A DNA stretch of 64,000 bases from an uncultured Planctomycetaceae bacterium (lineage in GTDB: Bacteria > Planctomycetota > Planctomycetia > Planctomycetales > Planctomycetaceae): contig CAWFGE010000023.1 of NCBI GenBank assembly GCA_963815195.1, positions 128,001 to 192,000 on the forward strand, given 5' to 3'. This document shows, in pieces, positions 42,772 through 54,921 of this stretch; within the stretch, counting starts at the first letter, position 1, and every line of letters begins with the position of its first letter. Under the pieces are notes generated by a model. That model was not told the DNA's origin. It made no database searches and worked only from the letters and a program-made list of their open reading frames with translations. The position numbers and the translations under genes were made by a program.

Positions 42772-43269
42772 TTGGTGCCGACTGTGTCTTCCCCGACTCC
42801 TTCCCGACAACCGAGTGTCCTGGCCGAATTGGCGTCGGCCGGCACGTGGTTGACGTTGGCGGTCGCATTGGCGCTTCCGGCCACGTTGTGGTGGGGGAAC
42901 AACGCTGCGGGCGGGTTGGGGATGACGGCGTCCGCTGTGGCCGCGGGCCTGTGCTGGGCCGCCGCGGTGGTCGCCTTGGTGGTGCGGACCCGGTTCCCGA
43001 AGCCCCAAGAAGTTGTCGTGGGCACGTTGGGCGCGATGCTGGCAAGAATGGTCATTGTGATGGGCGGAGCAATCGTGATCGCCTCCGCCTCTCCATCTTT
43101 GGTGAAAGCCGCGTTCTGGGGCCAGGTGATTATTTACTTCGTGTTCACTCTGGGCGTGGAAACCGTATTGGCGGTTCGCTGGCTCAATGCCCGGCAAGAG
43201 GCCGGCGATTTCCCGGGCCATGAAGATGAGAATTCGGCAGCCCCGCAAAACGGCGCGAAGGTGGTTTGA
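42772..43269 (+). CDS. ATP synthase protein I-like 4-TM protein
   Basis: 4 hydrophobic segments, ARM and FTLGVET motifs; directly upstream of atpB. Confidence 0.7.
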   Translation: MVPTVSSPTPSRQPSVLAELASAGTWLTLAVALALPATLWWGNNAAGGLGMTASAVAAGLCWAAAVVALVVRTRFPKPQEVVVGTLGAMLARMVIVMGGAIVIASASPSLVKAAFWGQVIIYFVFTLGVETVLAVRWLNARQEAGDFPGHEDENSAAPQNGAKVV

Positions 43270-43272
43270 CGC

Positions 43273-44252
43273 ATGGCAAGCGATATTCTCCACATCAAAG
43301 ATTCCTACTACTTCGAGGTGCCCAAGGCTCTCTGGAAGCCGCACTACGAATCGTTGGAGGATGTGCCCTACTTCTTGCGGAACCTGCACCACGACGATTT
43401 CCATCTCGAGGGCAAGGACTACACCGAAGCCAGCCCCGAAGACACCGAACACGCCCTCCACGAGTTCAACACGCAGATGGCGGGGAAGGTTTTGATTCCC
43501 CAACCCTTCGGCACGCGAAAGTCCCTCTATGAAAAGCAGTCGGGCTTTTTGATCTCGAAGTTCATGATTCTGGAACTGATCGTCGCGGTCCTGCTTTGTG
43601 TCATCTTCAATTGGATGAAAAAGAAGATGCTCACCGAGCATCCCACGAAGGGCCGGCTCGCGAATCTGTTCGAAGCCTTTTTGCACTACATCCGCGACGA
43701 GATCGCCAAGAAAGCCATCGGCCACGATGCGGACAAGTTCGTGCCGTTGTTGTGGACCGTGTTCTTCTTTATCCTGGGCTGCAACCTGTTGGGGCTAGTG
43801 CCCTGGATGGGAACGGCCACGGGGGCTTGGGAACGACATTGGCATTGGCGTTCTCGATGCTGTTGGCCACCTTCTTTGCAGGATTCCGTGCGTTCGGTCC
43901 CAAGTGGCTGTGGACAGGATTCGTGCCGCACATGGATTTGCCGATCTTGCTTCAGCCGCTCAAATTGATGATTTATGCGATTGAAGTCCTGGGCATGTTT
44001 ATTAAGCATACGGTGCTGGCGATTCGCCTGCTCGCGAACATGGCGGCGGGGCACCTGGTGCTGTTGGCGATTTTGGGGATGGTGATTGCGGCCGCGGAAA
44101 ATACGGAATCCAATTATCCCATGACCGCGACCATCGCGATCATTGGTGCCACGTTGTTAACTGTTCTGGAACTTGGCGTGGCATTTTTACAAGCCTATGT
44201 CTTCACATTACTGGCGGCTCTGTTTATCGGGTCGGCGGTACATGAGCATTAG
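43273..44252 (+). CDS. atpB: F0 subunit a; frameshift near 43826
   Basis: NLFEAFLHYIRDEI, NLLGLVPW, LAIRLLANMAAGH, LELGVAFLQAYVFTLL. Confidence 0.93.
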
Positions 44253-44302
44253 AAACCTTTATCGACCTTTCACAATTGAGTCAGCAAGAGGAGAAACGAT
44301 CC

Positions 44303-44614
44303 GTGGACAAGTTTTTGCGTATTGCCCCCATCACATTCGCCGTACTGTTAATGGCTGCCCCCGCGTTCGCCCAAACCGGCACCGCGGGCACCTCGATTTC
44401 ATTTACCGGAGCCTTCGGAGCCGGCTTGGTCGTGATTGGAGCGGCGATGGGGATTGGACGGCTTGCCAGTGCCGCGCTGGAAAGCATGGCCCGCCAACCG
44501 AGCATCTCCGGTTCGGCCACGACAGCAATGATCATCGCGGCCGCTCTGATTGAAGGCTTCACGTTCTACGCCCTGTATATCTGCAGCACCCAAAACCAGT
44601 TCCCCGTCCAGTAA
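44303..44614 (+). CDS. atpE: F0 subunit c with N-terminal signal-like extension
   Basis: GAGLVVIGAAMGIG, ARQP loop, AALIEG; GTG start after GAGGAG. Confidence 0.93.
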   Translation: MDKFLRIAPITFAVLLMAAPAFAQTGTAGTSISFTGAFGAGLVVIGAAMGIGRLASAALESMARQPSISGSATTAMIIAAALIEGFTFYALYICSTQNQFPVQ

Positions 44615-44679
44615 TCAATTCGGTATCGCGGGCATCCGAATTTGGATTCTGTGGTTTTTCCAATCGTTGGGAGTCTGTC

Positions 44680-45306
44680 GTGACTGTGCGCTTCAAATCC
44701 GTTTTTATCACCATTGCCATTTGGTTCAGTTTCTTTTCTGCCTCGACGATTTTCGCGGCAGAGACGGGCCATGGCGTGCACGTGGGAACGGATGAGAATA
44801 CAAGCACCGACTTGTCGGATTTCCAAACCGACCTGGCGATCTACACGTTCGTGGTGTTCATCCTGTTGGTGTTGGTGCTCTGGAAATGGGCGTTCGGGCC
44901 GATTTCCCAGGCGCTGCATGACCGGGAGGATAAGATCCGCAAGGACATCGAAGATGCGAGGACCGAGCGGCTAAAGGCTGAGGAGCTTCGCGGCCATTAT
45001 GAAGGACTCTTAGAAGCGGCGGAGGACAAAGTCCGCCAGATCTACACCGAAGCCAACGCCAAGGCGGAAGAGATGCGGACGAAACGGATGGCCGAGGCCG
45101 ACCAGGAAGCCCAGGCCCGCATCGACAAAGCCATCAGGGAAATCGAACGGGCCAAGGACCAGGCCATCGCCGAGTTATTCGAGATGGAGAACCAGCGGAT
45201 CGTCGAAGCCACCGAACATGTGTTGGGGCGGACGCTGTCCGAAGAGGACCAGAACCGGTTGGTGAACGAAGCCTTGGCGAATTTCTCCAACGGCCACGCG
45301 GGCTAA
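44680..45306 (+). CDS. atpF: F0 subunit b
   Basis: TFVVFILLVLVLWKWAFGPI..AL..RE followed by a coiled coil. Confidence 0.9.
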   Translation: MTVRFKSVFITIAIWFSFFSASTIFAAETGHGVHVGTDENTSTDLSDFQTDLAIYTFVVFILLVLVLWKWAFGPISQALHDREDKIRKDIEDARTERLKAEELRGHYEGLLEAAEDKVRQIYTEANAKAEEMRTKRMAEADQEAQARIDKAIREIERAKDQAIAELFEMENQRIVEATEHVLGRTLSEEDQNRLVNEALANFSNGHAG

Positions 45307-45330
45307 GCGTCGGCCAGGATTTTTATAATA

Positions 45331-45379
45331 CCCAAGCCGACGCCTTGGCGTCGGTCCGCCGGCAAGCCGGCGGCTTGGG
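45331..45379. repeat. Palindromic REP-like element between atpF and atpH
   Basis: CCCAAGCCGACGCC...CCGCCGGCAAGCCGGCGGCTTGGG. Confidence 0.6.
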
Positions 45380-45391
45380 AGAACGAGGAAC

Positions 45392-46039
45392 ATGCCCGAT
45401 CCAGAACGACCCAAAACCCGCGTGACGAGCGTGTTGGACGATCCCGGCGCGCAGGCGATCGCGAACGTCTATGCCGAGTCCTTTCTCACCGCCGCGGAGC
45501 AAACGGGCGTGGCAGGCGGCATGGACGGGGCGCTCGAAGAGTTCACCTCGTTTATGGATGATGTGCTCAACGCCCATCCCCAATTCCGCGACGTGCTCGT
45601 CTCCGACCAGGTCAAACGGGACGACAAGTTGGGGATCATTGACCGGGTGATCGCCCCTTCCGGGTCGCCGTTTTTCATCAATTTCCTCAAAGTGCTTGCG
45701 AAGCACGACCGCATGGATTTGCTGCCGGTGATCCTCCAGCAAACCTGGCGGAAATTTGAAGTCCGCTCCGGCCGGCGTCCTGTCGAGGTCACGAGCGCGA
45801 AACCCTTGTCGGAAGATTCGCTCAACGAGGTCCGCCAGAAACTCCAGGCGTCCTTGCCCTTTGAGCCGATTTTGCATTCCCACGTGGATCCCGCTTTGTT
45901 GGGCGGACTCGTGATTCAGATTGGTGACACCGTTTACGATACGTCGCTCAGGACCCGCATGAACCAACTGCGGGACAAGCTGCGGCGAAGGAGCCTCAAT
46001 GAAATTCAACGCCAGCGAGATCGGTTCGTTACTGGTTGA
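45392..46039 (+). CDS. atpH: F1 subunit delta
   Basis: [47 protein letters not shown]. Confidence 0.92.
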   Translation: MPDPERPKTRVTSVLDDPGAQAIANVYAESFLTAAEQTGVAGGMDGALEEFTSFMDDVLNAHPQFRDVLVSDQVKRDDKLGIIDRVIAPSGSPFFINFLKVLAKHDRMDLLPVILQQTWRKFEVRSGRRPVEVTSAKPLSEDSLNEVRQKLQASLPFEPILHSHVDPALLGGLVIQIGDTVYDTSLRTRMNQLRDKLRRRSLNEIQRQRDRFVTG

Positions 46040-47533
46040 GGAAATCGCGAATTTCCACGGCCAGGTCGAAACCCGCGAAGTCGGCAAAGTTTTGGAAGTG
46101 GGCGACGGCATCGCCCGCGTGCACGGCCTGTCCTCCGCGATGTCGGGGGAAATGGTCGAGTTCCCCGGCGGCGTCCGCGGGCAGGTGTTCAACCTCGAAG
46201 AAAACTCGGTCGGGATCATCATCCTCGGCGATTACAAAAAAATCCAAGAGGGCGATGAAGTCCGCGCAACGGGAGCGCTGCTTTCCGTCCCCGTGGGCGA
46301 TGCCCTCATCGGCCGCGTGGTCGATCCGTTGGGCAATCCCTTGGATGGAGCCGGCCCCATCGCCGCCACCGAAACCCGCCCTCTGGAAACCGCCGCCCCC
46401 GGCGTCGCAGGCCGGCAACCGGTCAAGCAACCGCTGCAAACCGGGATCAAAGCCATCGACGCGATGATCCCCATCGGCCGCGGCCAGCGGGAGTTGATCA
46501 TCGGCGACCGCAAGACGGGCAAAACCGCGATCGCGTTGGATACCATCATCAACCAAAAAGGCCAGGACGTCGTTTGCATCTACGTGGGCAGCGGCCAGCG
46601 GGCGGCCAACATCGCCAGCGTGGTGGAAACTCTCCGCCAGCATGGCGCGATGGATTATACCATCGTCGTGGCCGCCGGCGCCAGCGACCCGGCACCGCTG
46701 CAGTACATCGCCCCCTATGCCGGGGCCGCGATGGCCGAGCACTTCATGTATCAAGGCAAACATACCCTGGTCGTTTACGACGATCTGTCCAAGCAGGCCC
46801 AGGCTTATCGGCAGTTGTCCCTGTTGATGCGGCGGCCGCCGGGCGCGAAGCCTATCCGGGCGACGTGTTCTACTGCCACAGCCGGCTCTTGGAGCGCTCG
46901 GCCAAGCTGAGCGATGAACTCGGCGGCGGCTCGATGACGGCCCTGCCCATCATCGAAACGCTGGAAGGCGAAGTCTCCGCCTACATCCCCACCAACGTGA
47001 TTTCCATCACCGACGGGCAGATTTACCTGGAGCCGGATTTGTTCTTCGCCGGCGTCCGCCCCGCCGTGAACGTGGGGATTAGCGTGTCCCGCGTGGGAGG
47101 CAACGCCCAAACCAAGGCCATGAAGAAAATCGCCGGCAGCTTGCGGCTGGACCTCGCGGCCTTCCGGGCTTTGGAAGCCTTCGCCCAGTTGGGCACGGAG
47201 CTCGACAAAGAAACTCAGGGCCAGTTGGACCGGGGTTATTTGATGGTGGAACTGCTCAAGCAGCCGCAGTACCGGCCGATGCACGTGGCCGATCAGGTCA
47301 TCAGCATCTACGCCGGGACCAAAGGCTATTTGGACGGCACGCCGGCCCCCCACGTGGCCGGCGTGGAAAAACGTCTGCACGAGTATTTCCGCACCGAGAA
47401 ATCCGCCGTGCGGGACAAGCTCGTGGACAAGCCCGAACTCACCGACGAAGTCGTGAAGGAATTGGAAGCCGCCCTCGGCGAGTTCAAGAAACGTTTGCAA
47501 AGAGAACGAGAATCCGCCGCCGCGAAACCGTAA
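45999..47533 (+). CDS. atpA: F1 subunit alpha; frameshift near 46844
   Basis: [52 protein letters not shown]. Confidence 0.96.
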
Positions 47534-47539
47534 CCAGGC

Positions 47540-47658
47540 GAGCGGGGGGCGTAAGCCCCCTGGTTACTCCGTTTACGAGATGACACTGACATTTATCAGT
47601 TGGCACGGACTACAAAGACCAGAGGATCCCAAAAACCGGGGCTAGCGCCCTGCGGCTA
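47540..47658. repeat. REPIN-like inverted REP doublet in the atpA-atpG spacer
   Basis: GAGCGGGGGGCGTAAGCCCCCTGGTT ... AACCGGGGCTAGCGCCCTGCGGCTA. Confidence 0.65.
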
Positions 47659-47755
47659 ATTTTTTAATCAGAGAGCGAACTCAAGCAGTCGAAGGTCACC
47701 GGCCCGCTGACGCAGGCCGCTCGCCGGAACAAACATCGGGGAAACGTAATTCGTC

Positions 47756-50197
<2,442 letters not shown>

Positions 50198-50205
50198 CGT
50201 TTTGT

Positions 50206-50243
50206 CCCCTCTCCCCTTGGGGGGAGAGGGCTAGGGTGAGGGG
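50206..50243. repeat. CCCTCTCCC...GGGAGAGGG REP element
   Basis: CCCCTCTCCCCTTGGGGGGAGAGGGCTAGGGTGAGGGG between atpD and atpC. Confidence 0.7.
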
Positions 50244-50282
50244 CTCTTTCACAATCCAAACGGCCGAGAGATCAACGAAACG

Positions 50283-50685
50283 ATGCCCGAACAATTGCGA
50301 TTAGTCGTGGTCACGCCGGAGAAGCCGCTCTTGGATGAGCCGGTCAGTTCGCTCCGCTTCCCCTTGTACGATGGGCAAATTGGCATCCTGCCGCAGCGGG
50401 CTCCGCTTGGTGGGCCGGCTGGGCTACGGCGAACTCGTCGTCACCACGCCCCAAGGCGAGCGGTCGTATTACATCGACGGCGGGTTCGTGCAGATCACCG
50501 GCTCGGTGGTGTCGCTGTTGACGCACCGCGCAATCCCGGCGAGCCAGGTGGACGTGAAAGAAGCGGAGGCCCTGCTCGAAAAGTCCAAAGACATGCCCAC
50601 GCTCACGGAGACCGAATACGACATGAAGCTCCGCGAGCAAGAGCGCGCCCGCCGGATGATGGACGTCGCCAAGATCGCCCGTTGA
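50283..50685 (+). CDS. atpC: F1 subunit epsilon; frameshift near 50407
   Basis: LVVVTPE, DGQIGILP.RAP, then YYIDGGFVQI. Confidence 0.92.
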
Positions 50686-50710
50686 GCGGCTGGGCGCTAG
50701 CCGCCGGTCC
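50684..50710 (+). repeat. REP palindrome
   Basis: GAGCGGCTGGGCGCTAGCCGCCGGT, identical core to the copy at 27589. Confidence 0.75.
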
Positions 50711-50790
50711 ATATTTTGAGGAATCTCCTGTAGACCCGGCGGCGATTCACTTTGTGATCCTGCGGGGAGTTGCGTTAAACTACGCATAGC

Positions 50791-51705
50791 ATGCCGCACG
50801 ACCACGACCATCATCACCATCACGCTCCGGAAAGCTTCAATCTCGCGTTTGCCGGCGGAATTCTGCTCAACGTCATCTATATCCTCTTGGAAGTGGGCAT
50901 CGGGCTGGTTGTCGATTCGCTGGCCCTTCTCGCGGATGCCGGGCATAACTTGAGCGATGTCCTGGGCCTGCTCTTGGCGTGGGGTGGGAGTTATCTTTCG
51001 ACGCTCAGGCCGCGGGGCCGGTACACTTATGGGTTTCGCAGTTCCTCCATCATGGCGGCCTTCATCAATGCGTTGATCCTCCTGGTCGCGACCGGTGGGA
51101 TTCTTTTGGAAGCTGTCCGGCGGTTTCAGGAACCCGTGGCGGTCAAGGGGCAGACCGTCATGTGGGTCGCGGGGGTGGGCGTGGCGATCAACGCCCTCAC
51201 CGCGTTCTTATTCATGCGGGGCAGCCGGGGCGATCTCAACGTCCGCGGGGCGTTTTTGCACATGGCCGCCGATGCGGGGGTTTCCTTGGGCGTCGTGGTT
51301 GCGGGCTTGGGGATTTGGCTCACTGGCAGAAATTGGATCGATCCCGCGATCAGCATCCTCGTGGCCGTGGTGATCTTCGTCGGCACCTGGGGCCTCTTGC
51401 GCGAATCGATCAACCTCACGCTGCAAGCCGTTCCCAAGGGGATCAATCTCGAAAAAGTGCATCACTACCTCGAAAACCTGCCCGGCGTGGAGAGCGTGCA
51501 TGATCTGCACATCTGGCCGATGAGCACGTCGGAAACGGCCCTCACCGCGCACCTCGTCCGCCCGCAGGAGGCAAACCACGATGAGTTCCTGGCGAACGTC
51601 ACGAAGGAACTGCAAGAGAAGTTCGGCATCGGCCACGTGACGATCCAAATGGAACGAAGCGAATGGGCCGACCCCTGCAAACAAGCCGATCCGCGAAACG
51701 TCTGA
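50791..51705 (+). CDS. Cation diffusion facilitator (CzcD/ZitB-like)
   Basis: His-rich N-terminus, SLALLADAGHNLSD, NVRGAFLHMAAD, VHDLHIW, HVTIQ. Confidence 0.93.
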   Translation: MPHDHDHHHHHAPESFNLAFAGGILLNVIYILLEVGIGLVVDSLALLADAGHNLSDVLGLLLAWGGSYLSTLRPRGRYTYGFRSSSIMAAFINALILLVATGGILLEAVRRFQEPVAVKGQTVMWVAGVGVAINALTAFLFMRGSRGDLNVRGAFLHMAADAGVSLGVVVAGLGIWLTGRNWIDPAISILVAVVIFVGTWGLLRESINLTLQAVPKGINLEKVHHYLENLPGVESVHDLHIWPMSTSETALTAHLVRPQEANHDEFLANVTKELQEKFGIGHVTIQMERSEWADPCKQADPRNV

Positions 51706-51707
51706 GC

Positions 51708-53417
51708 CTACTTCTTCGGTTGGTACGTGATCCACGCGTGCTGGGCTTTTTGTGAAGCGGTGCTCGTCGGCGTGCCGGCGGTTTTTTCGATCTCGCCGGC
51801 TTTCCCCACGATCCACACCGGGCCGTGGATCGGCTCATCGCTTTTCGCGGTGATTGTGAGCTTCAGGCTTTCCGAGTTCTGGTTTCCGGATCGGCCGCGC
51901 CGTCCCCGCCGGCCTCGGCTTTGCGATTCGCCGCCGGGCTTCGCCTCGCTGGTTTCGACCGCAAAGCTTTCCGGCAGTCCGCGAACCGCGACGTCGATCT
52001 CCCCGTCAAACCCGTTAACGCGCGCGATCGTCACCGGGATTTCCAAGGGCTTGTCTTTGGTCAACGTAAAAACATCCCCGGAGAGCGAAACTTGGAATGT
52101 CGCCTTCGGTTTTTCGACCGTGAGCAGATACGCATAATCCCAGCCGCCGTGCTGATAGCGGTCCGTCACCTGGATTTCATACGTCCCATCGGCGGGAACT
52201 TTCCAGGTCGTTTCCGCATCGGCCGCATTGCGGGATTTGTCGTCCATGGCTTGAAGCGATTTCCCCTGGGCATCCCGGATTTCCAACACGGGATCGAGCG
52301 GAAAACCCAGCTCGGCGGATTCCACTTTCACGATCAGCGTCTCATCTTTCTTCGCGGCGATCTGGAAGCGGTCGATCTCATCGGCTTTTTCAATGTGCCC
52401 CGTGAGCGAAAACGGCGGCACGAGCGACGGGGAACCGGCCTTGGCGTCGGCTTCGATCAAACTCGGATGAGCGACGGCCCGAACCTCAAGCGGCACCGCG
52501 GCGGGGATTTTGAGGGTTTCAAGAATCGGTTCCGAGCTTTTGAGATTTAGCGTTTGATCCTCCGCGGGCAGGTTCCAGCCCATGAGGCTCAGCGAAGCCG
52601 GTTTGTCGGCTCCGACGGCCAGCGGAACGGTGTGGTGGAGATAGGGGCCGGTGGTCAACGTCAGCCGATAGAGATAATCGTTGCCGCCGGCGTAGCGGAT
52701 CGAACTATTCGGCGTTTCCGGGAAGGCGAAAATCCGCACGTAGTAATCGCCAGCCTCCGGGGCAGTAAAAACCAGCCGCGGATCGAGCCCCGGCGAATCA
52801 TCGGCCTGGGCCAACAGAAACCCCTCGGCCGAGGCGATCTGTAGTACGGCATCCATCGGCGACTTTAACACTTGATGGGCCAGCACGTCGGCCACGAGAG
52901 TCTCACCCTTTTTCAGCGAGACTTTGAAGGTGTCGAGTTCCCCGGACTTGTGCAGTTTGCCGTTGATGACGCTGCCCGCCGCGTCCACCGTTTGGGCGGC
53001 GGTCAGGGTCTCGTTCGGCTCGTTCTCCAAAACTTCCGGCAACCGCCCTAGGGCAAACGGCCGCAGCGCCGAGGCGCCCTCCGCATTCCAAACCCGCAGC
53101 CAACAAACCCCCGGCACCGCATCGGCCGCGATCGCGACCTTCAACTTCTTGCCATCCTTCGTCGCCTCGGCGGTGACATCGTCCCGGTCCGTCCACACCT
53201 GAACCGGATCGCTCCCCAGCTTCCCCGCGACTTCGACTTCGATCGTCTGGCCAATCTGCCCGCCCGCCGGATAAAGCCCCGAAACCTCCGGCTTCGCCGC
53301 TTGAAGAAAAACAGGAGAAGCACCGAACATGAACCAGAGCGCGGCCTGCAACACGGCGCGCATCGGAGCGGGAAAGACAAATCCGTCGGAACGCCAAAGG
53401 TTACAGGCTGTTTTCAT
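51708..53417 (-). CDS. Planctomycete pre-peptidase C-terminal (PPC) domain protein
   Basis: LYPAGGQ.G, ENEPN, D.F, LDPRLVFTAPEAGDY, YRLTL. Confidence 0.85.
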   Translation of the reverse strand: MKTACNLWRSDGFVFPAPMRAVLQAALWFMFGASPVFLQAAKPEVSGLYPAGGQIGQTIEVEVAGKLGSDPVQVWTDRDDVTAEATKDGKKLKVAIAADAVPGVCWLRVWNAEGASALRPFALGRLPEVLENEPNETLTAAQTVDAAGSVINGKLHKSGELDTFKVSLKKGETLVADVLAHQVLKSPMDAVLQIASAEGFLLAQADDSPGLDPRLVFTAPEAGDYYVRIFAFPETPNSSIRYAGGNDYLYRLTLTTGPYLHHTVPLAVGADKPASLSLMGWNLPAEDQTLNLKSSEPILETLKIPAAVPLEVRAVAHPSLIEADAKAGSPSLVPPFSLTGHIEKADEIDRFQIAAKKDETLIVKVESAELGFPLDPVLEIRDAQGKSLQAMDDKSRNAADAETTWKVPADGTYEIQVTDRYQHGGWDYAYLLTVEKPKATFQVSLSGDVFTLTKDKPLEIPVTIARVNGFDGEIDVAVRGLPESFAVETSEAKPGGESQSRGRRGRRGRSGNQNSESLKLTITAKSDEPIHGPVWIVGKAGEIEKTAGTPTSTASQKAQHAWITYQPKK

Positions 53418-53534
53418 TGGGGGGCTGCAAGAAAAAGAAATCCATTCGAACAGGTCTGAGGCATCCGCCGAATTTCGGATGCCTTTTTTTCGTGTCTTTC
53501 GTGTGTTTTGTGGTTCAAGTCCGACCGCTGCGGA

Positions 53535-54863
53535 TCAGCAGATTTCCGTGATGGGCGTGGGGTCGCTGACGAGGTGCACGGGGCGGCCTTGGGGGGTGTA
53601 AAGCACCTGGTCGGGGTTGATGCCCAGCTTGCGGTAGATGGTGGAGGCGAAGTTTTCGGGGCTTTTGACGTTGTCCACGGCCGAGTACCCGCCGCGGTCG
53701 GTGGCCCCGACGATCGTGCCGCCCGGAATGCCCGCCCCGGCCATCAACACGGACATGGCGTTCGACCAGTGGTCCCGGCCGCCGCGGTCGTTGACCTTGG
53801 GCGTCCGCCCGAACTCGCCGAGCACAACGACGAGCGTGGAGTCCAACAGCCCGCGGTCTTTGAGGTCGGTGATGAGAGCCGCGACGGTCTGGTCGAAGCT
53901 CGGCAGGCGTTTTTTGAGGGAACTGAAGATGTCGGTGTGATGATCCCAGCCGCCTTCGTAGAGCGTGATAAAGGGCACCCCGGCTTCCACGAGCCGGCGG
54001 GCCAACAGGGCCCGCTGCCCGAAGGAATTGCGGCCGTACTTCTCGCGGAGGGCGTCCTCTTCGCTGTGGATGTCGAACGCTTTCTGGGCTTCTTTGGAGT
54101 TGATGAGGCTGTAGCCCTGCTTGTAATAATCATCGAGGGCCAGCACCGGATCGCCCGCGGCGGGGTTTTCGATCCGCTCCAAATGATCGACCAATTTGCG
54201 GAGGTCGGTGCGATTCTCGAAGCGGCCGGCGGTGACTTTTTCCGGCAAAGCGACATCGCGGACGCGGAAGTGGCTGCTATTGGGATCGTCCGGCACCACG
54301 AATGGAGCGTACTTGGCTCCCAAAAAGTTCGGACCGCCCGAACGGGACATGCGGGGGATGGAAAAATATGCGGGCAAGCCGCCCGTGGTGCCCCGCGCCC
54401 AAGCGGTGGCCGATCCCAGGCTGGGATGAAAGCTCACGAAGGCCCCGCAGCCGACGGGAATCCGCGGCGGCGCACCGGTCATCATGTAGTGGTTCCCCGC
54501 CCCGTGATTGCCCTGATCGTGCCGGATCGAGCGCACGATGGAGATTTCGTTCGCCATGCCGGCAAGCTGTGTGAGATGCTCGGAAAACTGCACGCCGGGG
54601 ATGCTGGTTTTGATGGGAGCGAACTCGCCGCGAATTTCCTTGGGGGCTTCGGGCTTGGGGTCGAAGGTTTCGTAATGCGTCGGCCCGCCGTCGAGCCACA
54701 CCAGAATGCAGCTTTGGGCTTGGGCTTTCTGAGGCGATTGCGACTCCGCAGCCCGCCCGCGCAGCCGGAGCAAATCAACCAAGCTGCCGCCCAACACCGT
54801 ACCCAAACCGAGCTTCAGACAATCGCGGCGAGTAGCGCCTTCACAGTTCTTGTATTGCGGCAT
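53535..54863 (-). CDS. DUF1501 protein with Tat-like leader
   Basis: TRRDCLKLG, WLDGGPTHYETFDPKP, LARRLVEAGV, WDHH, GEFGRTP, GRDHW. Confidence 0.93.
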   Translation of the reverse strand: MPQYKNCEGATRRDCLKLGLGTVLGGSLVDLLRLRGRAAESQSPQKAQAQSCILVWLDGGPTHYETFDPKPEAPKEIRGEFAPIKTSIPGVQFSEHLTQLAGMANEISIVRSIRHDQGNHGAGNHYMMTGAPPRIPVGCGAFVSFHPSLGSATAWARGTTGGLPAYFSIPRMSRSGGPNFLGAKYAPFVVPDDPNSSHFRVRDVALPEKVTAGRFENRTDLRKLVDHLERIENPAAGDPVLALDDYYKQGYSLINSKEAQKAFDIHSEEDALREKYGRNSFGQRALLARRLVEAGVPFITLYEGGWDHHTDIFSSLKKRLPSFDQTVAALITDLKDRGLLDSTLVVVLGEFGRTPKVNDRGGRDHWSNAMSVLMAGAGIPGGTIVGATDRGGYSAVDNVKSPENFASTIYRKLGINPDQVLYTPQGRPVHLVSDPTPITEIC

Positions 54864-54921
54864 GGCGGGATCCTTTGGTTGGCGGGAGGATTGTTGGAGG
54901 GCGGGGGGAAGTTTTGTTTTA

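Noticed and set aside
45999..46039. atpH/atpA 41-bp overlap as an anomaly
   Set aside because: Both termini look intact; simple translational coupling explains it
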